A stretch of DNA of 64,000 nucleotides from Eledone cirrhosa (GCA_964016885.1 OZ024743.1:20212001-20276000), one strand, 5' to 3'. Shown: positions 12,476 through 23,917, numbered from the stretch's first letter. Notes: generated by a model from the sequence alone, not told the origin. Numbers and translations are program-made.

Positions 12476-13220
12476 GGGCAGTGAATTGGCAGTATCAGTA
12501 GAGGGTCGGACGCCATGCTTTGACACATAGAGTTACGGCCCTTGCCATTCTGAGTTCAAATCCCGCCGAGGTTTTACTTTGCCTTTCATCCCTTACGAGG
12601 GTCGATAAAATAAAGTACCAGTAATGCACTGGATAATTACTGGCCTTGTGCCAAAAGTAGAAACAATTATTAAAGATTAGAGAAGGGTGGGGTAGCAGTG
12701 TTGTTAGAGTATCAGACAACATGCTTTATGGCTTACATTACGCCCCTTTCTCCTACTGACGTTAGCTTTGCTTTTCATCCTTACTGGGTCAATAAAATGA
12801 AATACCAGTAATGCACTGGTGTCGATTTAATTGCCTTTCCCCTCTCCCCAAATTGTTGGCCTTCTGCCTAAATCAGAAACCATTATTACAGATTAGAGAG
12901 GTGGATTGGCCTCTGTCACCAGTGTCAGACAAAAAGCTTTGCAGCATTTAGTTACAGCTCTTTATATTCAAATCCCACCGAGGTCAGCTTTGCTTTGCAT
13001 TCTTTAAGTCGATAAAACAAAGTACCAGTCAAGTACAGAGGTTGATATAATCGACTTCTTCCTTCCTACAAATTGCTGGTCTTGTATTTCAATTAGAAAT
13101 CCTTATTAAATATCAGGTGCATTTGCTGGGTCAGTAGAACACCATATGGTTTAGGCCATCCACAGTTCAAATCCCACTAAGATCAACTTTGTCTTTTATA
13201 CCTATGGAGTTGATAACAAT
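12476..13220 (+). mobile_element. Head-to-tail cluster of about 4 Meta-like SINE copies of different ages
   Basis: Units start near 12476, 12684, 12897 and 13115, each with an A-box-like head, CTTTGC..TTCATCC..GATAAAA..AGTACCAG and a TAGAAAC-like end (last copy partial). Confidence 0.8.
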
Positions 13221-13780
13221 CTATAAAATCAATCATAATGATTATGATGATGATCATTATGATTTTATAACTGTTTCCCACTCTAGAATAGTTTGGATGT
13301 GTTGACACAGTCTGAACTAGTTCTTATTCAGAATTATTAAACTCCTAGACATAATGAGGGACCATGTCTTCCTTGTACATTCCATTTTTGGTATGGTTTC
13401 TGAGGCTTGATACTCTTCCTAACACCAATCACTTTACAGTGTGTACTGGGTTCATTTTGTTGTAACCCCAAGACTAGAGAGACTGCCGTGTTCTTAACGT
13501 GAATGAAGTATTCTCTCCTTGATTTTATGTTGTTTCCATTCTTTCAAGGCAAACATGACCAAGAGAGTGAATAGAAGGAAGAGTTATGACTAATAGTGGG
13601 GAAAGAAAAAAGAGTATGGACATGAACAGTGTAGTGTTATTACAACAAAGATGGATGATGGTAAAAAATATTAATATTACAATGTAGTGATCCTTCCCAA
13701 AAAATCATCATATGTCAATTCGAAAAATTAAAAATAAACTCATTATTAATTGCATTTATGGATTGCATTATTAATTGCAT

Positions 13781-13966
13781 TGGTGGATTGGCAGTATCGG
13801 TAGAGGGTCAGACGCCATGCTTTGACGCATAGAGTTATGGCCCTTGCCATTCTGAGTTCAAATCCCGCCGAGGTTAACTTTGCCTTTCATCCTTATGGGG
13901 TCGATAAAATAAAGTACCAGTAATGTACTGGGTAATTTCTGGCCTTGTGCCAATAGTAGAAACAAT
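13781..13966 (+). mobile_element. Meta-like tRNA SINE with TSD
   Basis: GGTGGATTGGCAGTATCGGTAGAG head, B box GAGTTCAAATCCC, TSD ATTATTAATTGCATT. Confidence 0.9.
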
Positions 13967-15364
13967 TATTAATTGCATTTAGTTAGCTTTCATTTTTTTT
14001 AAATCACATATGAAAAGCTCCTTTATCTCACAATGCTATAATTCCATTCCATTCTATTCAGCTGTTTTCAATGGAGGAAGCTTATTTATGCTAGTTGTAT
14101 ACCTACCTTTCCATGCTGGAAAGTTGAATAGGGTGCTCCCATGGTTGAATGATTAATTCTGACCCTGGGCTCCAGTAGAGAACTCAGAACAGATACAGCA
14201 TTGGTTTTTGATATTGGTAATCTATGACCCTAACAGATGAAAGGCAAAGCTGATCTCAACAATATTTGAACTTAGAGTGTAGAGAGTTGAAAGAAATATT
14301 TACTTATCTAATGGTTCAACTAATTTACTACCATACAATACTGTCAAGTGTTATTGAATTGCAGCTTCAAACAAAAATATCTTAAATTAATATAGACTTT
14401 ATAAAAACCAATTTGGGAGAGAAAAGTGAAACAAACCCACTGATGAGACTCAAACAGCATTTGTTGCTTGCAAAGTAACTGTGTTACCAATTACTAAGCT
14501 TTTGTATGCAAGCCAATAGTACTTACTCTGAATACTCTAAATTTTGCCTGATTACTGTGCTGGCAAAGATATGGTGTTCAAATGTTATAGACAGCATGTT
14601 TTCAATTCAAATTGGTGCAATATTGTTGGTATGAAAAGTATAAATGATTAAGAACTTCACCTAAATTTGAACATAGAGCTGTAAGCAAATTCTCACCTAA
14701 GCACTAGTTTCAAATTATCTTCATCTTCCTCTTTGCAAAGAAGTAAGCACTTATTTGGGTTACTTTGTAATTCTGTCATCAGCTTAACATTGAGCTTTAC
14801 TTAACGTTTAAAGATGAACAAGGCACAGTTTTGTTTTCTTAATAGCATTAATCTTTTCTGTATTTTATCTTACGTGTTACTATAATAACTTAGAAGTGAA
14901 TTTTATATTTTACACATACATGTTACTATGAAATTAGTAGTGAATTCTATAAAGAATATATAGCATTGCATGAGAGGAAATGTGGTTAATGAATAGAAGA
15001 AAAAATCCATTTATGCTTAATTAAGTTTTCAAAGTATATGTGCATTTCAAATTCTTCTTTAACATGATTTTCAACAATTTTAATTTTAAATTTGACTTCA
15101 TCAACAAAACATCATATAAATTCTTATTGATACATGCATACATGACAACATACAAAATCATATATTGTAAGAATATATTGTAAGAAAGAGCTAAGTTTGT
15201 CAACATTATTTAGATATTTTGCTTTCTCTTGAATTTAAATTATTCACTATGTGACTGTGTTCTTTTAATGGGCAACTTCTTGATCTATAAACATGTAAGC
15301 ATATTTTAATGCATATTAGTAAACAAATGTATAACTATATATATATATATAATCTATTCTATTC

Positions 15365-15600
15365 TAGGGCGAGTAAAATTCCCGAGATCCATGGACGAGT
15401 TCTCTCCAGCGGCCTCTGTCCCTCATTATCGCTGCCATGTCCAGCATCTCCAACAGACCAGTGTCTGTCCTTAGGGCATCAACATACGTTAACCTTGGTC
15501 TTCCTCTTCCAGTGTGTCCATGTAGGGGCTCCCACAGGAGCACTAAGTGCAATGTCAACTTTGGATGTCAGTCAGCATGTCCAGCTAACCTCAGTCTCTT
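15365..15600 (-). mobile_element. RTE-like LINE family B 3' end
   Basis: Closely matches 5168-5400; ORF contains VLLWEPLHG..GRGRPRLTYVD. Confidence 0.85.
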
Positions 15601-15630
15601 CTGAGTATATATATATAAAGTATAACTTTA

Positions 15631-17335
15631 TCATCATCATCATCATCATCAACGTTTAACGTCCGTGTTCCACGCTTGCATGGGTTTGGACGGGGGTAGT
15701 CCCACTTGAGGCAAGAGTGATTGTCTTGCTCGCATAGGACTATCTGGCAGGTTTTCTACAGTTGGATGCCCTTCCTAACACCAACCACATTTACAGTGTG
15801 GGTCTGGGAGGTTTTTACCGTGTTGCCTACACGGCCACATTACAGTGTGGACTGTGTGTTTTTTTGTTGTGACACCTACACGATCTCATTTGTTTCGGCC
15901 TGGATGGCGCGGCACCAACATAACTTTACATAGAACGGGGTGGTGTGGATGGGGTGGGGGTGGTGGTGGTGGGACGGGGTGTATTTTGTTAGAGATGCCT
16001 ACTGGCTGGAGTAGGTTTTACTATATATTTAGGTAAGGCGGGTCTTCTCTGTTACTGAGTACCGCCAAAGGTCTCGGTCCAGTGACATTGTCTTGGAGAG
16101 GTGTAAGTGTGTGATGTCGGAGTTTATCAGCTCGTCCCAGGTTTTTCTAGGTCTGCCTATTCCGTGACTACCGTCTATCTTTATTGCCCTGCACTTTGTT
16201 ATACAGCTATCGACTTTCATGTGCATCACGTGTCCATACCAACGTAGCCTTCTCTCGAGTAAACAACATCTGATCCCTCTTATCTCTAATTTTTTCCTTA
16301 GTTCGTTTATGCTTTGCCGTTCACGTATATTACTGTTACACATCCAGCGGAGCATGCAAGCTTCGTTCCTCTCTAGTCTGCGTATATCCTCTGCACACAA
16401 TGCCCAGGTCTCACTGCCATGCAGCATTGCTGTTCGTATGCAGGCATCGTACAACCTGCCTTTCATTTTTAGGGAGAACCCTTTAGCAGCTAATAGTGGT
16501 ATAAGCTCTCTGAACTTTTTCCAACCAGTTCTGACTCTAGCTACAGTACTTTCAGAGCACCCTCCCCCACTGCTGATTTTATCGCCCAGGTAACGGAAGC
16601 TGTCCACTATTTCTATAGAACCCTCTGCGCAATTGAAAGAGCTAGTATTTTGTGGGCACTTGCTGCTACTTATTGCACCAGAACACCGGCCACATGTAAA
16701 ATCTATGTTCTTAGTTAGCTTACCTGTGATCCCACTACATCTTTTATGCACCCATACTTTGCATTTAGGACATAAAATGGAGTTTCTACCTATGCCTTTC
16801 CTACACACCGAGCACGACCATTTCCCAGAAGGGATCGCCGCCTTGTTTTCTTTCCTACAAACTAGAACTTTGGTCTTAGCCAGGTTAATTTTAAGTCCTT
16901 TTGACTCTAGGCCGTGCTTCCATGTTTGGAATTTCTTCTCTAGCTCGGCCATTGATTCTGCTATGAGTGTCAGGTCGTCTGCATATAGGAGTTCCCATGG
17001 GCAGCCTGTCTTGAACTCCTCTGTTATAGCCTGAAGGGCAATAATAAATAGTAGGGGGCTGAGAACAGAGCCCTGATGGACGCCAACTTTTACGCTAAAC
17101 TCTTCACTATATTCGTTGTTAATTCTAACCTTGCTGACTGTTTCTTTATACATGGCTTGTATAGCCCTCACAAGCCATTCGTCAACGCCTAGTTTTCTAA
17201 GAGCCCACCAGATAATGGAGCGGGGGACTCTGTCGAAGGCTTTCTCCAAGTCGACAAAAGCTAAGTAGAGGGGTTTACCTTTAGCTAGGTACTTCTCCTG
17301 TAGTTGTCGTACTATGAAAAGAGCGTCTGTGGTAC
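15631..17335 (-). mobile_element. Young 5'-truncated RTE LINE (family A) with open RT and PHD-like finger
   Basis: ORF 16029-17249 (406 aa, reading frame extends upstream): DLEKAFDRV, GVHQGSVLSP, LLYADD, C4HC3 cluster, FRYLG, HGSETW, RRLRWYGHV; 3' UTR ends in (GAT)n. Confidence 0.95.
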
Positions 17336-17389
17336 TTTATATATACATATATATATGTATATGTGTGTGTGTATATATATATATATTAG

Positions 17390-17745
17390 GAGGCACATGG
17401 CTTAGTGGTTAGAGCATTGGCCTTGCAATCGAAAGGTTGTGAGTTCAATTCTTGGACCGGGAGATGTGTTGTTTCCTTGAGCAAGACACTTTATTTCACG
17501 TTGCTCCAGTTTACTCAGCTGTAGAAATGAGATGATAGGGACTGGGGTCTCTATCATTCCACTGCAAAGTGGTCGTGGAGGTGCCACGGCAAAAAAGCAC
17601 CCAGCACTCACTGTAAATGAGGTTGGTGTTAGGAACTGATTCTGGCTTGATTTCTACAGCTGGATAGCTATAGAAATCAAGCCAGAATCAGTTCCCATCC
17701 CACCCTTGCAAGCAGGGAAAAAGCGGCCGTAAAATAAATAAAATG
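17390..17745 (+). mobile_element. CORE-type tRNA SINE with RTE tail, full length
   Basis: GAGGCACATGGCTTAGTGGTTAGAGC...GAGTTCAATTC; same family as 1086-1405; internal inverted duplication at 17632-17695. Confidence 0.9.
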
Positions 17746-17762
17746 AATATATATATACACAC

Positions 17763-17795
<33 letters not shown>

Positions 17796-17904
17796 AAGTT
17801 ATACTTTGGTAGTTTGCAGGTTAAAGAGGCTCATCATATCAATAAATATTGATACTATTAACAAAAGACGTGGGCTGTATGTGGCTGACTGGCTATATAT
17901 AAAT

Positions 17905-17905
<1 letters not shown>

Positions 17906-17935
<30 letters not shown>

Positions 17936-19240
17936 CCTTTTTACGTCGATTCTTCCACGCTAGCATGGGTTATACGGGTTGTCCTGTTGTGGGCAATGTT
18001 AGGTTGGCTGACCTTGTCTTACTCATACGGGAACTGATTCTGGCTTGATTTCTACAGCTGGATGCCCTTCCTAACACCAACCTCATTTACAGTGAGTGCT
18101 GAGTGCCTTTTTTTTCCTGTGACACAGCCACTTTACAGTGTGGGCTGGATGATTTTTTGTTGTGATGCCTCCATGACCACTTTGCAGTGGGAGTGGAGGG
18201 GGTGGGTATATCGTCTATATGCTTTGGCTTCGGCTTGTACCCATGGGAAGTCAGGTCTTCTGTATTATTGCTTGACGCCAGAGGTCATGGTCCTGTGTCA
18301 TCACTGTTCAGAGGTGCAATTGGTCAAGATCAGTTTTTATCACCTCATCCCAGGTCTTCTTGGGTCTCCCCACTCCATAGCTTCCATCAACTTTTAGTGT
18401 TCTGCACTTTTTTATGCAGCTGTCATCCTTCATACGCATCACATGTCCATACTAACGCAACCTCCTCTCCTGCACACAGCATTTGATTTCTCTTATGTTC
18501 AGGCTGTCTCTCAGTTCATTTATGCTTTGCCGTTCACGTATATTGCTATTACACATCCATCGGAGCATGCAAGCTTTGTTTCTTTCTAACTACGCAAGTC
18601 TTCTGCACACAATGGCCAGGTCTCACTACCATGTAACATTGCTGTTCGTATGTATGCATCATACAGTCAGCCTTTCATTGTGAGGGAAAAGACTTTCGCA
18701 GCTAGCAGTGGCAGTAGCTCCCTGAACTTCTTCCATCCCGTTCTTACCCTAGTTATTGTACTTTCAGAACACCCACCTCTGCTGCTAATTTGGTCACCTA
18801 GGTAGCAGAAGCTGTCTACTGTTTCTACAGAGCCCTCTAAAAGTTTGGTAGTGCTTTTTTCCTGTGGCTGTTTGCTGCTTACTGTCCTGGTGCAGATGCT
18901 ACATTTAACGCCTACATTCCTAACTAAGCTTCCTTAGATCCCACTACATCTCTTGTGTACTTATAGTTTCCATATGGGGCAGAGGATAGAATTCCTACCT
19001 ACACCTTTCCTACATACTGAGCAAGGCCATTTCCTTGAGGGGATCTGAGTTCTGTTTTCTTGTCTACTTACAAGGACCTTAGTCTTCGACAGGTTGACTT
19101 TGAGACCCTTTCTTTCTAATCCCTGCTTCCATGTTTGGGATGTCTTCTTTAGTTCCACCATAGATTCAGCTATAAGTGTAAGATCATCTGCATACAGAAG
19201 TTCTCATGGGCATCTGGTCTTAAACTTCTGTTATAGCCAG
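17906..19240 (-). mobile_element. Decayed RTE family A copy
   Basis: Colinear with 34598-35873 and the reverse complement of 43200-44460; frameshifted RT, WPCSVCRKGVG motif. Confidence 0.9.
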
Positions 19241-19244
19241 CAAT

Positions 19245-19336
<92 letters not shown>

Positions 19337-19472
19337 TCCTAACTGCAGCGGCAAGTGGTTTCAGCTTGTGGGTTCAGAAAGCCTTTGCTAAGCACACATG
19401 CTGAAACTGTTTGGCCCCATGGTCAGGATTTTACCTATCTATGTGTGTATCTAAAAAAGTCTAAAGTCTGTC

Positions 19473-19640
19473 TTAACCCTTTACATTTAAACTGGCCATA
19501 TCCAGCCAGAATTCTCTCACCTATGTCTGTTCAAATTGGCAATAACCGGCTGATGTTAAGTTATTGTTCTCAAAATAAATAATATCAAAATCTCATAGAT
19601 TCGATATTATGTTAGGTAAAGTGTTTACTGCGAAAATACA
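19473..19640 (+). mobile_element. Possible piggyBac-like MITE left end
   Basis: TTAA followed by CCCTTT terminus; no matching right end found nearby. Confidence 0.3.
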
Positions 19641-19683
19641 ATAGTAAATATAGAGTAATGTAAATGTCAGAAGGCTCATTTTA

Positions 19684-19920
19684 TCGGTGCTTATCTCAGT
19701 TTCATGATGTGAAGCGACTGAGAGTACAAGACTCCTCTCTGGACAGGACGCCAGTCCATCACAGAGTTAAACACCCAGCTATTGCTGGTACTCATTTTCA
19801 GCTGAATATACTGGTGCATCGTGAAATGAAGTGTTTTGCTCAAGAACACGACATGCAACCTGGGAATGAAACTCATGACATTATGATTGTAAGTCCAACA
19901 CCCTTACCACTAGGCCACGT
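19684..19920 (-). mobile_element. Second CORE-type tRNA SINE subfamily
   Basis: Minus strand GTGGCCTAGTGGTAAGG (A box), TTCTTGAGCAAAACACTT (CORE-like), and a different tail containing GATGGACTGGCGTCCTGTCCAG. Confidence 0.75.
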
Positions 19921-19977
19921 GTGTGTGTGTGTGTATATATATATATATGTATATATATATATAAATATATATGTATA

Positions 19978-20010
<33 letters not shown>

Positions 20011-20106
20011 TAGAAAATATATAGCTTTCACCGTATTTTTAACTAAAGGAATTTTAGCTTGATAACGGGGTTTAGAACCCTCAGATAAAGAGGAAAAGAT
20101 GAGTAT

Positions 20107-20177
20107 TGACGTACATGGGAGTCGAACCCACATCTGTGGTTATCGCGACCACTGTGCTACCATTACAGCAACACATC
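20107..20177 (-). ncRNA. tRNA-like cloverleaf (copy 1)
   Basis: Reverse complement of 20576-20646. Confidence 0.75.
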
Positions 20178-20575
20178 TCCCATCTCTTTCCATTCAAATT
20201 AGAAACTACATTCTTGGCGAGTTTAAATAGCAAGTAAGTATGTTTTGAAACAGTGAGCGAGTTTGAAATTAGAAAATATATAGCTTTCACCGTATTTTTA
20301 ACTAAAGGAATTTTAGCTTGATAATGGGGTTTAGAACCCTCAGATAAATGGAAAAAGATGAGTATTGACGTACATGGGAGTCGAACCCACATCTGTGGTT
20401 ATCGCGACCACTTATCTGAGGGTTCTAAACCCCGTTATCAAGCTAAAATTCCTTTAGTTAAAAATACGGTGAAAGCTATATATTTTCTAATTTCAAACTC
20501 GCTCAGTTTCAAAACATACTTGCTATTTAAACTCGCCAAGAATGTAGTTTCTAATTTGAATGGAAAGAGATGGGT

Positions 20576-20646
20576 GATGTGTTGCTGTAATGGTAGCACA
20601 GTGGTCGCGATAACCACAGATGTGGGTTCGACTCCCATGTACGTCA
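20576..20646 (+). ncRNA. tRNA-like cloverleaf (copy 2)
   Basis: GATGTGT TG CTGT AATGGTA GCAC A GTGGT CGCGATA ACCAC AGAT GTGGG TTCGACT CCCAT GTACGTC A; one D-stem mismatch; T5 run about 10 nt downstream. Confidence 0.75.
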
Positions 20647-20773
20647 ATACTCATCTTTTTCCATTTATCTGAGGGTTCTAAACCCCGTTATCAAGCTAAA
20701 ATTCCTTTAGTTAAAAATACGGTGAAAGCTATATATTTTCTAATTTCAAACTCGCTCACTGTTTCAAAACATA

Positions 20774-23402
20774 TTTAGCAGTATTAGTTATTATTGTAGT
20801 CGCCACTTTAACAGAGTAGATGATTGAAGGTCGTTAGTTGCCAGTGTGGTAAGTGATAGTATCCTCGTTGGATTATCTTGTTGACATAGACGTGAGGGAA
20901 GGTCCCTCGATCTATTTACCATCTATTTACAATATTCCTTTCGTCAGGTCGCCAATTCCAGCAGCATTGATTATAGATGTTATTGAGACACGAGTAACAT
21001 AATAATGATTTCAACAGCAGTAATTAGAAATGAAATGTTTGTTTATTTATATGGTTGAAGTTACAGATAAAAAGAGGCGAGGCTAGGGTGCAAATCTCAC
21101 CGTTACATTATGCGTGTTGCTGGCTTGAAGTTTCCGGTACAAGAGAGATTCTTCAAATCTTCGCGGGGAATTTTTTCCTCCGGGCGCGTAGGGATACATC
21201 CTCTTCCACTGGCGCTGATTGGCTGAACTGAGCCAAATCACGCACAGAGAATGTATGTGAGCCCGCGGAATGTAGGTCACTACATCACCTCCGACCAGAT
21301 TTTCAGCCGAAAATCGATAACGAAGAAACCAAGGACCCACATATTATTGAATCAGCAAGAACAAATGCTGAAAGAACACATCAGTGAAAAAATAATTGAG
21401 CAGAAAGATTCATGCAAGAACAAAAAAAAATTAGGCGCGACGGGCCGTGTTGAGCCACTGTCAAATGACTAGCTGTTTTGTAGTTTAAACGAGACCCTCA
21501 AGGGCCTACCAGAAAACAGATAAAGTCTGATATGGGAGAAGTTGCTGTTCTTGCATTAAATGTTAATGGTAAGCGTTGCACCAGTAGCTGTGAACGAAGC
21601 TATTATGGTAGTTTACCAGTGCTGGCGAGAAAATGATGGCCCCCAGATGTATTGTCGAATGTGCTGTGGAGCCAGGAAAAAATGGCTGGTTGCTTTTTGT
21701 AAAGAAAAAAAAAGGCAAGTTTAATCAGTAGGTGGGCTGCAGTGTAAATTCCATAATTCGGGCGAATCCACAGAAGTGGCTGAAATATCGACAAGTCCAG
21801 TTCAATTTGTTGCTTTCCCAGCGAGTCGGGCAAAAACAACAAGACGGATGGCCGTCATGGACGATCAGTGTGCAACGAGATGCGAAGCTGTTTGAGTTCA
21901 GCTGCAATTAGTATTCTCGTGTTGCGGTGCCTGTTTGAATCCAGTGGATTAAGCTCTGTGAGCTGCTAGCATGTGACAGCATCTCAACCAGGTGAAAAGG
22001 GACTCGCAGAAAATTACGTTTGAAGAACATATACCAAGAACAACATGTTGGTGTGTGATAAAAAAAATGTGTGCATATGCAGGCATGTAAAACAGCAAAG
22101 AATGTGAATGAACAAAAACCATTAGCAAGCAAATAGCAAAAGAGCACAAAACAAGTAAATGCATTCTACAAAGAAATATGTGAATGTAAGAATCTTATAA
22201 TTCAAAGTCAATCTAAGGGAGCAGAGAAATTGCCCAATAAGTTCAAAGTCAAATAGTTCACACATCACCAGTGTACAGACACTAGTTCTATCTGAAAACT
22301 GAAAAAGAAGTTTGTTAATGCCGTTAGGGGTTGGATGTATGGTGCTTTTGTGAGATTTCGTGGCCATCTTGTGTGGCATAAGGTTGTGTTGCTTATTGTT
22401 AAAGCAAAGTCAAAGAATCCTCTGTAGAGTAGCGGTCACCAAATATGGCAGACACGTCTGACGCCATAATGGTGCGAAAACTACTGTCTCAAATTCTGGC
22501 GGGGGGTTATGTAGCGGTTGTCTCCCAACCCCAATAGATGAACAACATCTAGACGGGAAGTAGAACCCTTTCTGTAACTTCCGGCAGAGCCCTATAAAAC
22601 GAATAGCCTTCGGCTCTCTCCCTCTCATTTGCCCTTCCGGCGCCTGGCCTTAGCCAGGCGTCTCGCGTTCGCCTGGCAATCAAAACGGTATCTACTAACT
22701 TTGCTTCATTCTATCAACTATACTGTTCTATCTATATCCATGATTGTTAATTAAATATTATACACACAAACCATGTCTCTTTGTTACATTCATACAACCC
22801 AGTATCTTCGCTATATTGGTAACCCTGACGTGATACGAACACGCAGCCGTTCATCACGTCGGGGTCACCACTTTAGCAGTATTAGTTATTATTGTAGTCG
22901 CCACTTTAACAGGGTAGATGATTGAAGGTCGTTAGTTGCCAGTGTGGTAAGTGATAGTATCCTCGTTGGATTATCTTGTTGACATAGACGTGAGGGAAGG
23001 TCCCTTGATCTATTTACAATATTCCTTTCGTCAGGTCGCCAATTCCAGCAGCATGGATTATAGATGTTATTGAGACACGAGTAACATAATAATGATTTCA
23101 ACAGCAGTAATTAGAGATGAAATGTTTGTTTATTTATATGGTTGAAGTTACAGATAAAAAGAGGTTACAAAAGGAAATGTGCCGTTAAGCCGGCGAGGCT
23201 AGGGTGCAAATCTCACCGTTACATTATGTGTGTTGCTAGCTTGAAGTTTCCGGTACAAGAGAGAGATTCTTCAAATCTTCGCGGGGAATTTCTTCCTCCG
23301 GGCGTGTAGGGATACATCCTCTTCCACTGGCGCTGATTGGCTGAACTGAGCCAAATCACGCACAGAGAATGTATGTGAGCCCGCGGAATGTAGGTCACTA
23401 CA
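20774..23402 (-). mobile_element. Non-autonomous LTR retroelement (Gypsy-like) with 4-bp TSD CATA
   Basis: Direct repeats 20774-21283 and 22872-23402 (minus strand TGTAG...CTAAA); PBS TGGTGACCCCGACGTGA complementary to tRNA-Trp; CATA at 20770-20773 and 23403-23406; no recognisable gag/pol ORF. Confidence 0.9.
22423..22848 (+). mobile_element. Second, unrelated LTR-like segment with its own extended tRNA-Trp PBS
   Basis: TGTAG start at 22423, CTATAAAA TATA-like box near 22592, ATTAAA near 22750, CTATA end at 22815, then TGGTAACCCTGACGTGATACGAACACGCAGCC. Confidence 0.6.
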
Positions 23403-23467
23403 CATACTTACTTGCTATTTAAACTCGCTAAGAATGTAGTTTCTAATTTAAATGGAAAGAGATGGGT

Positions 23468-23538
23468 GATGTGTTGGTGTAATGGTAGCACAGTGGTCGC
23501 GATAACCACAGATGTGGGTTCGACTCCCATGTACATCA
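23468..23538 (+). ncRNA. tRNA-like cloverleaf (copy 3, best paired)
   Basis: 7/4/5/5-bp stems, A box TGGTGTAATGG, B box GGTTCGACTCC, 7-nt loop CGCGATA with G33 and T37 (non-canonical), 4-nt variable loop, T5 terminator. Confidence 0.8.
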
Positions 23539-23675
23539 ATACTCATCTTTTTCCATTTATCTGAGGGCTCTAAACCCCGTTATCAAGCTAAAATTCCTTT
23601 AGTTAAAAATACGGTGAAAGCTATATATTTTCTAATTTCAAACTCGCTCACTGTTTCAAAACATACTTACTTGCC

Positions 23676-23740
<65 letters not shown>

Positions 23741-23835
23741 TAAAAATATATATGTATATATATATATACGTATATATATGAAAGACGTAAAATAAGAAAA
23801 TTTTAGAAATTAAAAATTAACTTACTAAAATTTTC

Positions 23836-23917
23836 ACTCCAACTAATTAGTTTCTGTAATGGGATAAATATAGTTACACAATGTAACTATCGAGAATTCA
23901 TTACGTCATCAGAGAGT
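23836..23917 (-). ncRNA. Type I hammerhead ribozyme (copy 1)
   Basis: ACTCT CTGATGA cGTAATG..CATTACa GAAAC TAATTA GTT GGAGT. Confidence 0.8.

Larger units (their letters stand above)
20010..23675. repeat. Tandem plus inverted array of a 259-bp tRNA-containing unit, split by an LTR element
   Basis: About 1.5 units on the minus strand (20010-20411), then about 2.5 units on the plus strand (20412-20773 and 23403-23675); bounded by (TA)n on both sides. Confidence 0.95.

Noticed and set aside
16219-17034. Antisense ORFs over RTE and PLE coding regions
   Set aside because: Shadow frames of the true transposon ORFs.
20412-20480. Possible hammerhead in the 259-bp unit (CTGAGGG...CCGT/ACGG..GAAAGCTA)
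   Set aside because: The core lacks A9 and stem I does not pair convincingly; cannot be supported, though the family consensus is worth checking.
20010-20773. CRISPR-like array interpretation of the repeats
   Set aside because: Eukaryotic context, long units without unique spacers, and no cas genes.
21284-22422. gag/pol remnants inside the LTR element
   Set aside because: Only short ORFs with no recognisable protease, RT, RNase H or integrase motifs.
23468-23538. Calling the cloverleaf a functional tRNA-Ser(CGA)
   Set aside because: No long variable arm, G at 33 and T at 37; treated as a tRNA mimic instead.
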